This document shows positions 14,796 to 25,700 of a DNA stretch of 38,900 nt, piece after piece. Location: IMG/VR virus record IMGVR_UViG_3300006879_001214, positions 1 to 38,900 of that record; one strand, given 5' to 3'. The DNA comes from a virus (lineage: Duplodnaviria; Caudoviricetes). How positions within the stretch are numbered: the stretch's first letter is position 1; each line of letters starts with the position of its first letter. The position numbers were made by a program, and so were the translations under genes. The notes beneath the pieces were generated by a model, which was given only the letters and a program-made list of their open reading frames with translations, made no database searches and was not told where the DNA came from.

Positions 14796-16511
14796 ATGAA
14801 GAATATTGATCACACAACTGAATATGCGAAGTCAATAGTCAATGGTGACACATTAGCTGGTAAGTCAGTTATTGCAGCTTGCAAAAGGCATCTTAATGAC
14901 TTGGACAACTTAAAAGGTTATTACTGGGATTATGAAAAGGCTAATAGGATATTAACCTTTATTGAAATGTTACCAAATACCACAACAGGCAAGAATTTAT
15001 CATTAGCACCTTTTCAGAAGTTTATTATAGGATCTATATACGGTTGGTATCAAGAAGATACAGGTTACCGTAGGTTTAATAAAGCTACAATATCACTCAG
15101 CAGGAAGCAAGGGAAGACACTAATCAACGCAGGAATGGCTATTTTTGAATTGATAGCAGGTGAAAGTCCTTCCATTAATAGACAGATATTCCTGTCATCC
15201 AACTCAAGAGAACAATCCATGATTTTATTTAAAATGGTTAAGCAACAGGTGGATGCACTAATGAGTAAATCCCCTGCGATTAGAAAAGAAATACGACAGG
15301 TTAGGAATGAAATCACACATAACCCCTCATACTCAATCATCAAGCCCACTAGTGCAGATTACAGCACCATGGACGGTAACGAGGTATCATTTGGTATTAT
15401 AGATGAGTATGCAGCATCCCCAACAACTAGGCTACTAGATGTTATTGAGTCCTCACAGATACAGTTAGACAATCCACTAATCGTAATTATAAGTACAGCC
15501 GGATATGATATCAATGCACCATTTTATGTTGAGCGAAAGTATGCGATTGATATTGCAAATGGTGATGAGGTAAATGACAACTACTTTAGCTACGTTGCCA
15601 TGCAAGATAGTGAAGATGAAATAAATGATCCAGATACATGGATAAAAAGTAATCCGTTGTTAGAGCTACCTGAGCTGAAAAATAAGATGTTAAAAAATCT
15701 TAAACAACAATTAACAGAGGCACAAGCAAAGAATGACACATTAGAATTTAGAATTAAAAACCTAAATTTATACGTGAAAGGCTCAGTCAATAGCTACATT
15801 GACGTTGCTGATTGGGAAGCGTGTAAAGTGGATCAGCCAATAAATATACAAGGTAAAGATGTGTATTTTGGAATTGACTTGGCAAGGGCGAATGACCTCG
15901 CGGCAGTAAGTATGCTTTATCCTACAGATGATAATAAGCTATACGTGGACAATCACTCATTTGTTGGAACAAAGGGTGGGCTAGAAAACAAGTCGATGCG
16001 AGATAAGATTGATTATCAGATGCTGGCCAACAAAGGATATGCAACAATAACTGACTTGGAGAGTGGAATCATTAATTATTCACTTATCATGGACTTCATT
16101 GTCAATCACATCAAAGAAAATAATCTCAATGTAAAAGGTGTTATGTATGACAACTGGGGATCAGATGTATTCCTAGCTGAGTTTGAAAAGAGATACGGAC
16201 ATATGGACTTACCATTTGTCGAAGTTGGACAAGGATTTAAGAATCTGTCTGAGCCAATTAAACAGTTTAGGTTAGAAGTTTACGAGAAAAATATCTTACA
16301 TAACAACAACCCTAACTTAAATATTGCAGTTAATAATGCAATCGTAAAGTACGATAACAACGCTAATATTATGCTTGTTAAAGATAAGGCAAGGGAAAAG
16401 ATTGATCCAATTGTAGCGCTTGTTACAGCATATAGTCAGGCTATGTTTCATGAATACGACAACAGCAGAGATATGGAAGAATATATACTTTCAGATGACT
16501 TTGGATTTTAA
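14796..16511 (+). CDS. terL: Terminase large subunit
   Basis: SRKQGKT Walker A, IIDEY Walker B, ISTAG, GIDLA, KIDPIVA. Confidence 0.96.
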   Translation: MKNIDHTTEYAKSIVNGDTLAGKSVIAACKRHLNDLDNLKGYYWDYEKANRILTFIEMLPNTTTGKNLSLAPFQKFIIGSIYGWYQEDTGYRRFNKATISLSRKQGKTLINAGMAIFELIAGESPSINRQIFLSSNSREQSMILFKMVKQQVDALMSKSPAIRKEIRQVRNEITHNPSYSIIKPTSADYSTMDGNEVSFGIIDEYAASPTTRLLDVIESSQIQLDNPLIVIISTAGYDINAPFYVERKYAIDIANGDEVNDNYFSYVAMQDSEDEINDPDTWIKSNPLLELPELKNKMLKNLKQQLTEAQAKNDTLEFRIKNLNLYVKGSVNSYIDVADWEACKVDQPINIQGKDVYFGIDLARANDLAAVSMLYPTDDNKLYVDNHSFVGTKGGLENKSMRDKIDYQMLANKGYATITDLESGIINYSLIMDFIVNHIKENNLNVKGVMYDNWGSDVFLAEFEKRYGHMDLPFVEVGQGFKNLSEPIKQFRLEVYEKNILHNNNPNLNIAVNNAIVKYDNNANIMLVKDKAREKIDPIVALVTAYSQAMFHEYDNSRDMEEYILSDDFGF

Positions 16512-16524
16512 AGAAGGTGACAAA

Positions 16525-16725
16525 TTGAATATACAAAGGGTAACAGACGGATTAAAAGCAATCGGTCTTTTTGTGCTGTCAAATTTAATAGCGATATTAT
16601 TTTTAATTGGATTAGGGTCAATCGTGTATGCAGTGTTTTTAGTATCTACAATATATGGATTAGTTGCTGCAGGTATTGCACTAATACTAGTCGCATTAAT
16701 CCTGAGTAATGAGCAAAGAGGGTGA
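16525..16725 (+). CDS. Small two-TM phage protein between terL and portal
   Basis: TTG after AAGGTGA (track start 16420); hydrophobic. Confidence 0.7.
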   Translation: MNIQRVTDGLKAIGLFVLSNLIAILFLIGLGSIVYAVFLVSTIYGLVAAGIALILVALILSNEQRG

Positions 16726-16747
16726 CGTGAGGAGGTGAATAACGTAA

Positions 16748-18022
16748 ATGAGAATATTCAATCAAAAAGAAACACGTAGCTACACAGAAGAAGAGAAAGA
16801 AGTGTTAATAAGCACATTGCCGAACTTTGTGGGCTTGTCGAGTGGTAGTTATACTTCAGCTAAAGCAATTGAGAATAGTGACGTGTTTACAGCTGTGCAT
16901 ATGGTTGCAAGTGATATCGCAAGCCTATCTATTCAGAAGCATGTAAACAATGTCAATGATCCTACAGATAACCTATCCAAGCTGATCAATATTAAGCCTA
17001 ACCCTTACTATAGTGGGTATCAATTTAAGTTTATATTGGTAGCTAACAGCTTATTGAATGGCGAATCTTTTGCAGAGGTTGTGCGAGATGAAAAGGGTAA
17101 TATTGTTGAGTTATATCATGTTAAGAATAGTGAGATAAGCTACAAACAAGATGAATCCACTAAATATAAGTTGGTGTACGAGATACGTAATGGAAGCAAG
17201 ACAAGACGTTTACCATCTACGGATATACTTCACATAAAATTCTTCACGCTCGATGGGATAAAAGGTATTAGTCCACTATGTGCATTGAAAGATGACATGG
17301 ATACTCAGAGGAATAGTAAGAAATTCTTATCCAACTTCTTTAAAAATGGTACTCAAAATGGTGGAAAACTTATCTATAAAGGTGGAAAATTGTCTGTAGA
17401 AGCTAGAGAGAAACTTAAGGAAGAATGGCAGAAGACTAACAGTGGTACAGATCAGGCACATAAAGTTGTCGTATTAGATGAAACCATGGAGTATGAGCCA
17501 ATTGAAATTGATACTGAAATCCTCAAACTGATTAACACATCGAACCACTCCACAATGCAAGTGGCTAAGGTATTTAAGATCCCCCGGCACAAATTTGGAT
17601 TAGAGACCGCTAATATGAACACAGAACAAATGTCTATGGATTATCTGGTAAGTACACTGTCCCCATATTTAGAAAGTATTGTAAATGAGATAGCTTTCAA
17701 ATTGATTCCAGACAATATGCTAGATGTAGTGAGGTATAGATTTAATACTGACAACTATAAGCAAATTGACTCTGAGACTAAGGTCAAGAATACTAAGACA
17801 CTAGTTGAAACTGGAATATTTAGTCTTGACGATGCACGTGCCGAGTTTGGTAAGGAAGCATTACCAGATGGAATGGGAGACAAGCATTTTGTCAGCTTGA
17901 ATTATACGACATTGGACAACCTCGAAGATTACCAAATGGCAAAGGCAACGAACCTTCCAATAAGTAAGCCAACAGAAGATGATGGCTTGGAAGGAGGTGA
18001 CGATGATGGAGAAAGAGATTAG
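16748..18022 (+). CDS. Portal protein, HK97 family
   Basis: NSDVFTAV, KPNPY, ILHIK...DGIKGISP, VAKVFKIP. Confidence 0.95.
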   Translation: MRIFNQKETRSYTEEEKEVLISTLPNFVGLSSGSYTSAKAIENSDVFTAVHMVASDIASLSIQKHVNNVNDPTDNLSKLINIKPNPYYSGYQFKFILVANSLLNGESFAEVVRDEKGNIVELYHVKNSEISYKQDESTKYKLVYEIRNGSKTRRLPSTDILHIKFFTLDGIKGISPLCALKDDMDTQRNSKKFLSNFFKNGTQNGGKLIYKGGKLSVEAREKLKEEWQKTNSGTDQAHKVVVLDETMEYEPIEIDTEILKLINTSNHSTMQVAKVFKIPRHKFGLETANMNTEQMSMDYLVSTLSPYLESIVNEIAFKLIPDNMLDVVRYRFNTDNYKQIDSETKVKNTKTLVETGIFSLDDARAEFGKEALPDGMGDKHFVSLNYTTLDNLEDYQMAKATNLPISKPTEDDGLEGGDDDGERD

Positions 18023-18602
18023 ACAGTTAAACGTTGATGAGCTAAGGGTTAAGCAAGAAGATGATAAGCCTACTATTTTTGAAGGTTATGTCAGCAAGTT
18101 TAATGAACGCTCACAATTCATGGGATTTTATGAGACTGTACATAGAGATGCATTTAATAGCTCACTTGAATCAGGCAATAATATATTTGCTTTATACAAT
18201 CATGATGCAGATAAGATACTTGGATCAACAAGAAATGAGAGTTTGAAGCTATCTACAGATGAGACTGGATTACGATTCCAATTACAGCCAAATTTAAACA
18301 TATCATACGCAAAAGATGTTGCTGAATTGATTCGCTCAGGTGAGATTAGAGGCTGTTCATTTGGCTTTAGAGTTAACAAAGATGAATGGACAACCAAGGA
18401 TGGGCATGACTACAGGACACTGTTAGATGTTGATCTCATGGAAATTACAGTTACCCCTATGCCTGCTTATGAAAGTAGTGAGGTTAGTTGTAGAAGCTAT
18501 GAGCAATTTAAAGAAAAACAGAAACAACAGGAACAACGTAACAAAGATTTAGAATTACTAAAATTACAGATGGATTTACTCAAATCAACTTACGACAAGT
18601 AG
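18006..18602 (+). CDS. Prohead protease, HK97 family
   Basis: LYNHD...ILG, GCSFGF, LMEITVTPMPAY; RBS GGAGGTGA. Confidence 0.93.
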   Translation: MEKEIRQLNVDELRVKQEDDKPTIFEGYVSKFNERSQFMGFYETVHRDAFNSSLESGNNIFALYNHDADKILGSTRNESLKLSTDETGLRFQLQPNLNISYAKDVAELIRSGEIRGCSFGFRVNKDEWTTKDGHDYRTLLDVDLMEITVTPMPAYESSEVSCRSYEQFKEKQKQQEQRNKDLELLKLQMDLLKSTYDK

Positions 18603-18645
18603 GTTGTTTTTTTATGTCCAAATTTACCAAGAAGGAGATACAAAA

Positions 18646-19878
18646 ATGGATTTGCTAGATGCAAAAATTAAATTAAAAGAAACACGTTCCCTATTTAACG
18701 AGAAACGTGATGAAACTGAGGAAGCTATTGAGGCTGGTGATGTTGACAAAGCTAAAGAATTAAAGGCAGAGGTAGATAAGATTCGCACTGATTTGGATGA
18801 ATTGACTACCAAAGTTGAAGAGTTAGAAGCAGATAAAGACGAGGACGAACAAGAGGAACAAGATGATGAACAAACAGATGAAACAAATACTAACGAAGGT
18901 GGAGAAGAAAGAATGGAAAATCGACAAATTTTAGGTGGTAATAATGAAGTAAGTGAGGAAGTACGAGCGTTTCAAAATTTTGTAGAGACACGTGAAATTG
19001 ATGGTGACAATTTAAAAACTGACTCAGGCTATGTTGTTGTACCAGAGGAAGTGGTTAACAACATCCTAAAAATTAAACAAGCAGAGTTTAACTTAGATAA
19101 ATACGTCAATGTTAAGCCAGTTGGAAATGGCGCTGGTAAGTATCCAGTTATTCGTGAGGGAGCGGTTCAAGGTTTACCGACAGTAGAAGAGCTACAAGAG
19201 AACCCAAAACTTGCTGTATCTCCGTATTTTGAATTGGCATACGACATTAAAACACATCGTGGATTCTTTAGAGTTTCTCAAGAATTAATCGAAGATGCAG
19301 CAGTTAACGTGCTTGCTGAGTTGAATGAGTATATCGGTAAACTAGTTGCAGCTACTCGAAACAAAGCTATTTTAGATGCAATTGAAAAAGGAACACAAGG
19401 TGAAGGCGGAACAAATGTTAAGTTCAAACGTGTGTCTGCTGAAGGTGTAGATGGAATTAAGGATGTACTTAATTTACAAGTATCACCTAACTATACTAAT
19501 ACGGTTGCTATCATGAACCAATCAGCTTATAACGAGATCGACAAGCTTACAGACCGAAATGGAAGGTATTTACTACAAGACAATATCTCTGCACCATCTG
19601 GAAAGCAATTGCTAGGCGCACCAGTCGAGGTCATCAGCGATAAAGTTTTGAAGTCTAAAGCAGACAAGCACCCTGTCATTGTTGGTGATTTGAAATCTGG
19701 TATTACCTTGTTTGAACGTAGCCAATATCAAGCTAAATGGGAAGATTATATGCATTTTGGAACAGGTGTAATGGTATCTGTACGTCAAGATTGTCGTATT
19801 GCTGATAAAGAGGCTGCAATTGTAATTGACTTCTCTGCACCAGTTGAACAAGAGCCAGAAGAACCAGCAAGTAAATAA
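18646..19878 (+). CDS. Major capsid protein, HK97 fold
   Basis: Coiled-coil delta domain, GYVVVPEE, LTDRNGRYLLQ, LLGAPV; RBS AAGGAG. Confidence 0.95.
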   Translation: MDLLDAKIKLKETRSLFNEKRDETEEAIEAGDVDKAKELKAEVDKIRTDLDELTTKVEELEADKDEDEQEEQDDEQTDETNTNEGGEERMENRQILGGNNEVSEEVRAFQNFVETREIDGDNLKTDSGYVVVPEEVVNNILKIKQAEFNLDKYVNVKPVGNGAGKYPVIREGAVQGLPTVEELQENPKLAVSPYFELAYDIKTHRGFFRVSQELIEDAAVNVLAELNEYIGKLVAATRNKAILDAIEKGTQGEGGTNVKFKRVSAEGVDGIKDVLNLQVSPNYTNTVAIMNQSAYNEIDKLTDRNGRYLLQDNISAPSGKQLLGAPVEVISDKVLKSKADKHPVIVGDLKSGITLFERSQYQAKWEDYMHFGTGVMVSVRQDCRIADKEAAIVIDFSAPVEQEPEEPASK

Positions 19879-19953
19879 TCTATCACATTGAAACACAGTA
19901 GCCATCTATCATTAGGTGGCTTATTAGTGTTATGAAAGGAGAGGATGTGATTG

Positions 19954-20271
19954 ATGGATTTAGCAATGATTAAGACACATCTAAGGCTTAGTCATGATCT
20001 CGAAGATGAATTAGTACAAATGTATATGGAATGGTCTAAAGACACTGTGCTATCCTCTGTATCAACCTCTGAAGACATTGACACAGACTATTTAGAGTCT
20101 AATAAGCAATTTCAAAAGGCTGTTATCATGCTGACTAGCTTCTACTATGAAAACAGGTTAACTATATCAGACAAGAGGCACATTGAAATGCCTTATGGTG
20201 TATTAGATGCAATCCAGAAACTACGTGGCGACTCTAAGGTATTTTTAGAGGTGACAGAAGATGAAGTTTGA
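19954..20271 (+). CDS. Head-tail connector (gp6-like)
   Basis: IKTHLRL...EDELV, AVIMLTSFYYENR. Confidence 0.88.
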   Translation: MDLAMIKTHLRLSHDLEDELVQMYMEWSKDTVLSSVSTSEDIDTDYLESNKQFQKAVIMLTSFYYENRLTISDKRHIEMPYGVLDAIQKLRGDSKVFLEVTEDEV

Positions 20272-20587
20272 TTACTCTAAGTTAAAAACTCCAGTAACAT
20301 TCTACAAAATGAAATCAACCTCAGAAAATGGTATGCCGTCTAAGCCTAAACCAGTTAAATTTTATCAATGTTGGGCACATATAGAAACTGTTAGTTTAAA
20401 GGATTACCAAACTGCTATCAGCAACAATACACAACATCATATCAAGATATTTATTCGTGATTATGATGGAATTGATAACAAAATGCAGGTTAAGTATAAC
20501 AACAAATTCCATAATATTGTGTCTATAATGCCTAGTTATGGTAACAGTAATTTTACAGTTGTCGTAGCAGAGGCGGTGGATGTATGA
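20261..20587 (+). CDS. Head closure/head-tail adaptor
   Basis: Position; CWAHIE, IFIR, MQVKY motifs. Confidence 0.82.
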   Translation: MKFDYSKLKTPVTFYKMKSTSENGMPSKPKPVKFYQCWAHIETVSLKDYQTAISNNTQHHIKIFIRDYDGIDNKMQVKYNNKFHNIVSIMPSYGNSNFTVVVAEAVDV

Positions 20588-20976
20588 GCGTAAAAATTAC
20601 AGGAGTTAATGAGATTATAGCAGCTTTAGCTAAGAAGGAAGCCGATATACGTAAAGCAGGTTTAAAAGCTAACACAGCTGGTGCTAAGATAGTTGCGGCA
20701 GAGTTGGAGAAGACTGTGCCAAGAAGTGGAATAACAGAATCAAAGTTGCCATTTTTGAAGGATACGGTATCTATAAGTAACAACAGAACAGATAGATATA
20801 CTATGCAATCTTATGTTGCTGTAGGCTTTCCAAAGAGTACAAGTTATCGTGTTCACTTTGTGGAGTTTGGGACAATTAAGCAATCGCCATACGGATTCAT
20901 GACAAAAACTGTACAAACCACTGCTAAAGATGTTCAAAAAGCTATGATAGCTGAAGTTAAGAAGGTGCTTAGATGA
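20584..20976 (+). CDS. HK97 gp10-like tail completion protein
   Basis: ITGVNE, HFVEFGT...PYGFM. Confidence 0.85.
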   Translation: MSVKITGVNEIIAALAKKEADIRKAGLKANTAGAKIVAAELEKTVPRSGITESKLPFLKDTVSISNNRTDRYTMQSYVAVGFPKSTSYRVHFVEFGTIKQSPYGFMTKTVQTTAKDVQKAMIAEVKKVLR

Positions 20977-21368
20977 GTGAACAGATGTATTTAAGAGATA
21001 TAGGAACAGAGGTATATCAGCTAATCGTCAACGATGAACAGTTGAAAGAGTTATTACCAGCAGATCATGTATTTCAATATCACATACCGGAAGAGTTTCA
21101 GGAGAAGTCACCTATTGTTCGTATCACAATGATCAATATGCTACCTAACAATTATGCTGACAATGAGCAATTAGCATGGGACTATACGATACAGATTGAT
21201 GTGTGGAACGAAGGTAGTCCATTCATTATTGCACAGCACATTAACAGGATAATGAAGGGACTTAACTTCCGGCAATCAACTCCGATATTTGAGTTTGATA
21301 TTGATACAGCAATGCTTAGAGATGGCAGACGATACGAAGGAAAAATAATGATAAATGAAGATATGTAA
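20973..21368 (+). CDS. Tail terminator (DUF3168-like)
   Basis: Position before major tail; IQIDVW. Confidence 0.78.
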   Translation: MSEQMYLRDIGTEVYQLIVNDEQLKELLPADHVFQYHIPEEFQEKSPIVRITMINMLPNNYADNEQLAWDYTIQIDVWNEGSPFIIAQHINRIMKGLNFRQSTPIFEFDIDTAMLRDGRRYEGKIMINEDM

Positions 21369-21438
21369 AAGAAGGATTCACTCAATCGGGTGAGTCTTTT
21401 TTATGTAAAAAATTAAAATGAGAAGGAATGATTTAATA

Positions 21439-22026
21439 ATGGCTAAAGAGAAAAATAAGTATTCAGGTAAAGTTGGAATTAAAGGATTTACATACGCTAT
21501 CCAAAATAGTGACAGCAAAGATGGTGTTACATACGGTGAGCCTAAATACGTTCAATATGTCCAATCAATTGGAATTGAGACTGAGCAAGAAATTGTAAAG
21601 GCTTATGGAGATAATACTGTAGCAGAAATGGTTACATCGACTGGGGTAACAACTCTAAACATGGGATTCCATTCACTTCCACTGTCAGTTAAACAGGAAT
21701 TACTGGGACTGGAAGAAGAGGACGGATTAACCATTCAAAAATCAAATGTAACAGCTCCATACGTGGCAATTGCGCTTGAGCAAACTAAAGCTGATGGATC
21801 ATCTGAATTCGTTGGATTGACAAAAGGAATGTTTACTCTTCCGGGAACAGAAGGGGCTACAAAAGAAGATACAACTGAGTTTCAAAATGAAGAAATTGAA
21901 GGTGAATTCTCAGCACGTCAATTTGATGATATTGCCCAGATTTTTGCAGATGTTCCTAAGGACGATGCAGAAGATTTGAAAGAAAAGTTCATGGCAAAAT
22001 TATTTCAGACTGAGGTGTCTCCCTAA
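21439..22026 (+). CDS. Major tail protein (phi13 family); ends in CCC-TAA
   Basis: AYGDN, APYVA, GLTKGMF, TKED...FQ. Confidence 0.9.
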   Translation: MAKEKNKYSGKVGIKGFTYAIQNSDSKDGVTYGEPKYVQYVQSIGIETEQEIVKAYGDNTVAEMVTSTGVTTLNMGFHSLPLSVKQELLGLEEEDGLTIQKSNVTAPYVAIALEQTKADGSSEFVGLTKGMFTLPGTEGATKEDTTEFQNEEIEGEFSARQFDDIAQIFADVPKDDAEDLKEKFMAKLFQTEVSP

Positions 22027-22197
22027 CCCCGATGAGGGCGATGAGGACAAACTTGAAGAAGTTGTAGAGCTTGACACAGAAGAACAATACAATTTACTAG
22101 ATTGATACAAGGGGGCTACAAAGCCCTCTTTCTTAATGTAAACAATAATGTACACACTATTAAAATAATTACAAAAAATAAGGGAGTATGAAGAAAT

Positions 22198-22551
22198 ATG
22201 GCTAAGAAAACACTCACATTGGTGACTGGAATTGATGAAGAAAAGAACGAATTGATTACACAGGATTATCCGTATCCTATTTTTGTTAAAGGCAGCTTAG
22301 TTAAAAAAGCAATTGATCTAGGTGCCCAATTAGAAAAATTAGGTGAGGAAAATGTAGACAGTGGAATTGTAGATGATCTAGCAGACTTTGCAGTTGAGTT
22401 ATACAACAAACAATTTACACGTGATGAGTTGATTGATGGTACAGATGCTTCAGATTTGTTTACAAAGCTAACCGGTATTCTAGGCTCAGTAATGGGCGGA
22501 GATGAGGGAAACGCTCAGACAAAAAAGTTTATCGAGGAGAAGAAAGCTTAA
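22198..22551 (+). CDS. Tail assembly chaperone (gpG-like)
   Basis: Between major tail and tape measure; LYNKQFTRDELIDG. Confidence 0.85.
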   Translation: MAKKTLTLVTGIDEEKNELITQDYPYPIFVKGSLVKKAIDLGAQLEKLGEENVDSGIVDDLADFAVELYNKQFTRDELIDGTDASDLFTKLTGILGSVMGGDEGNAQTKKFIEEKKA

Positions 22552-22739
22552 CAGAAGAAGACTTTTCATGGGTTAAGCAGAAAAAAGCTTTTGATGCATT
22601 AGTTAAGAATTTGCTAACCGATGGAGGCTATAAAATGCATGAAATTTACGAGATGGATGTCTTTTATTTTATGGATGTCCTGCAAGAAGAAAAAGAAGAG
22701 GTGCAAGAACGCTCATTATTTGCAGCGTTTGGCAAGTAG
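22521..22739 (+). CDS. -1 frameshift extension of tail chaperone (gpGT-like)
   Basis: A AAA AAG at 22521-22527; -1 frame open to TAG 22737-22739 (...HEIYEMDVFYFMDVL...SLFAAFGK). Confidence 0.8.
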   Translation, partial: KKVYRGEESLTEEDFSWVKQKKAFDALVKNLLTDGGYKMHEIYEMDVFYFMDVLQEEKEEVQERSLFAAFGK

Positions 22740-22799
22740 TAGCTACTCAATTTTATTGGGTGGCTATTTTTATTTTATCACAAGAAAGGAGGGCGTTAA

Positions 22800-25700
22800 A
22801 TGGCAAGCCCTATTGGTGATATGATAATCAAGGTTGATTTAGACTCATCTGGTGTAAACAAATCCATGACAGGGATAAATCGACAGTTAAAAAGTGTTAA
22901 CAGTGAAATGCGAGCCAACTTATCTTCATTTGGTAGAGCTGAAAAGTCTACTGAGAAATATGGAGTTAAGATTGATGGCTTAACAAAAAGACAAAAACTA
23001 CAAAAAGAATCAGTAGAACAAGCTAGAAAAGAATATCAGGAAATGGTTAAACAGCATGGAGAAAACTCTGCAAAGGCTGAAGGAGCAGCAATCAAGCTTA
23101 ATGAACAAATAGCCTTGTATGAAGAGACTGGACGAGAGTTATCCAATTTGTCATCTGAGTTTGAAGAGTTTCAAAGGCAACAAGAGATACAAGCATCCAA
23201 ATGGCATAAAGTGGGCTCAGCATTAGATGGCATTGGAGACAAGATGCAGGCTATTGGTGGCAAAATGCAGGATGTCGGGAAATCTATGTCGATGAAAATA
23301 ACGGCTCCTATTGTTGCGTTAGGTGGATTGGCAGTTAAGACTGGGTTGGACTATGAGGCTAGTATGAGTCGGGTAGCGGCTACAAGTGGCGCTACTGGTA
23401 AAGACTTGGATAACTTGAAGGATAAAGCAAGGGAAATGGGTAGAACCACACAATTTAGTGCGAGTGAATCAGCAGAAGCTATGAATTTTATGGCTATGGC
23501 AGGTTGGGATGCTGAAGAAATGATGGGCGGTATCTCGGGTGTAATGGACTTAGCGGCTGCATCAGGTGAAGATTTAGCATCTGTGTCAGATATTGTAACT
23601 GATGGACTTTCAGCATTTGGATTACAAGCAGAAGACAGTGGAAGATTTGCAGATGTATTAGCTTCAGCGTCATCCAACGCAAATACTAACATAGGTATTA
23701 TGGGTGAAAGCTTCAAAAACGTAGCACCTGTTGCAGGGGCTATGGGATATAGCATAGAAGATACATCGGTCGCACTAGGACTCATGGCAAATGCTGGTAT
23801 CAAAGGATCTAAAAGTGGTACAGCATTGCGTAACATGATGACCAATCTTGCTAAGCCTACTGATCAGATGAAGGGTGCAATGGATGAACTAGGCTTATCT
23901 CTGAAAGATAGCGATGGAGAAATGAAGTCGTTTGATGATATTATGCAGGATTTACGTGGCTCATTTGCGGATTTAGATGAGGGACAAAAAGCACAATATG
24001 CCTCAACTTTATTCGGTAAAGAGGCTATGTCGGGTGCATTAGCAGTTATTAATGCTTCAGAGGAAGATTATAACGATTTAGCAGGTGCAATTGATAACTC
24101 AGAAGGTGCAGCTAGTGACATGGCTGATATCGTAAACGACAATTTAAAAGGGTCGTTAAAAGAAACAATGTCAGCAATTCAAGACTTGGGTATATCCATC
24201 TACGAGATACTTCAGCCTGCTTTAATGAAGGTATCGGAAAAGGTGAGAGAGGCTGTCAATTGGATTAACAACCTATCCCCAGCAATGAAAACGACAATAG
24301 TTGTATTAGCAGGAATTGCAGCAGCAATCGGGCCTGTTTTATTGGGATTAGGCACGCTAATCAAAACGTTTGGGTTAATCACCTCAACCATAGGTGTCGC
24401 TATGAAAGGAATAGTTGGCATGGGTGGTGCAATGACATTGCTGAGTAACCCTGTGGGATGGGTGATAGCAGCAATAGCAGCACTTACAGCAGGATTTGTA
24501 TTATTATATAAAAAATCCGAGACATTCAGAAACTTTATACATAAATTAGGTGCAACTCTAAAACAAGTTTTCCACACGATTATGGATGCAGTCCAACCTA
24601 TGATAGATAAAATAGTAGGTTTCTTTCAGGATAATATTCCCAAGCTCATAGAGGGTGTCAAAAATTTATTAAGTAGTGTGGCAAAGTTTATAAAGCCAGC
24701 AATTGATGGAATCGTATCATTTTTTCAGGGCATCATTTCGACACTGAAATCCTTCTGGGATAAAGAAGGAAAGCAAATTATGAAGGCTGTACAGAACATA
24801 GCTGACTTTATAATTGGTTACTTTAAGTTTGCTTTTGGGATTTGGGAATCGATAGTAAAATCCTTGTGGACAGTGGTTAAATGGGCATTTGATAAGATAC
24901 TATCAATCATTGATTTCATCATGCCAGCAGTGCTTTTTATTATAGAAACCGTGTGGGGTAATATCAAGGGTGTTATATCAGGCACACTAGATGTGATTAT
25001 GGGTGCAGTGAAGGTATTCTCAGGCATGTTTACTGGTGACTTTTCCAAAATGTGGGAAGGTGTCAAACAAATGTTCACAGGCGCTATCAAAGCAGTCTGG
25101 AATTATATTCAATTGTTATTTATAGGTAGAATCCTTAAGGCAATAGGAAGCTTTGTAAGCCTATTTAGTGGACTCATTAAAAGCATGTGGACAGGTATAA
25201 AGTCTGTATTTTCTACGGTCATAAAATGGATAGTAGAATTTGTTAAAAATCGCTTTACGGCAATGGGTAATACGATTAACACAATCACAACAACAATCAG
25301 AAATATTATTTCCAAAATATGGAATGGAATACTTTCATTCTTCAAAACGGTAATAAAGGGTATTGTCGATTTTGTGAAGCAACGATTTACAAATTTGAAA
25401 AATAATACTACAAATATTTTCACTGGCGTACGTGACATGGCTAAACGAGTCTGGAATAAAACGAAAGATAACATTGTCAATCCCATCAAAAATGGCGTTA
25501 ACTGGGCGATTAAGAAATTTAACGGATTCAAAGATAGCGTGACTGAAACTTTTAAAAATATCAAGGATAACGTATTTGGTTATGTTTCCGATATGATTCA
25601 GAAGGTCAAGGATATGCCGGGCAACATGAAGGACAACATTGTCAAAGGCGCTGGAAAAGTGAAGGACGGCATGTTGGAAATTGGACGTAAGATGGTTGAC

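Noticed and set aside
22621-22824. 67-aa plus-strand ORF in track
   Set aside because: Wrong frame; the -1 frameshift frame ending at 22739 explains the region and the ORF runs through a terminator
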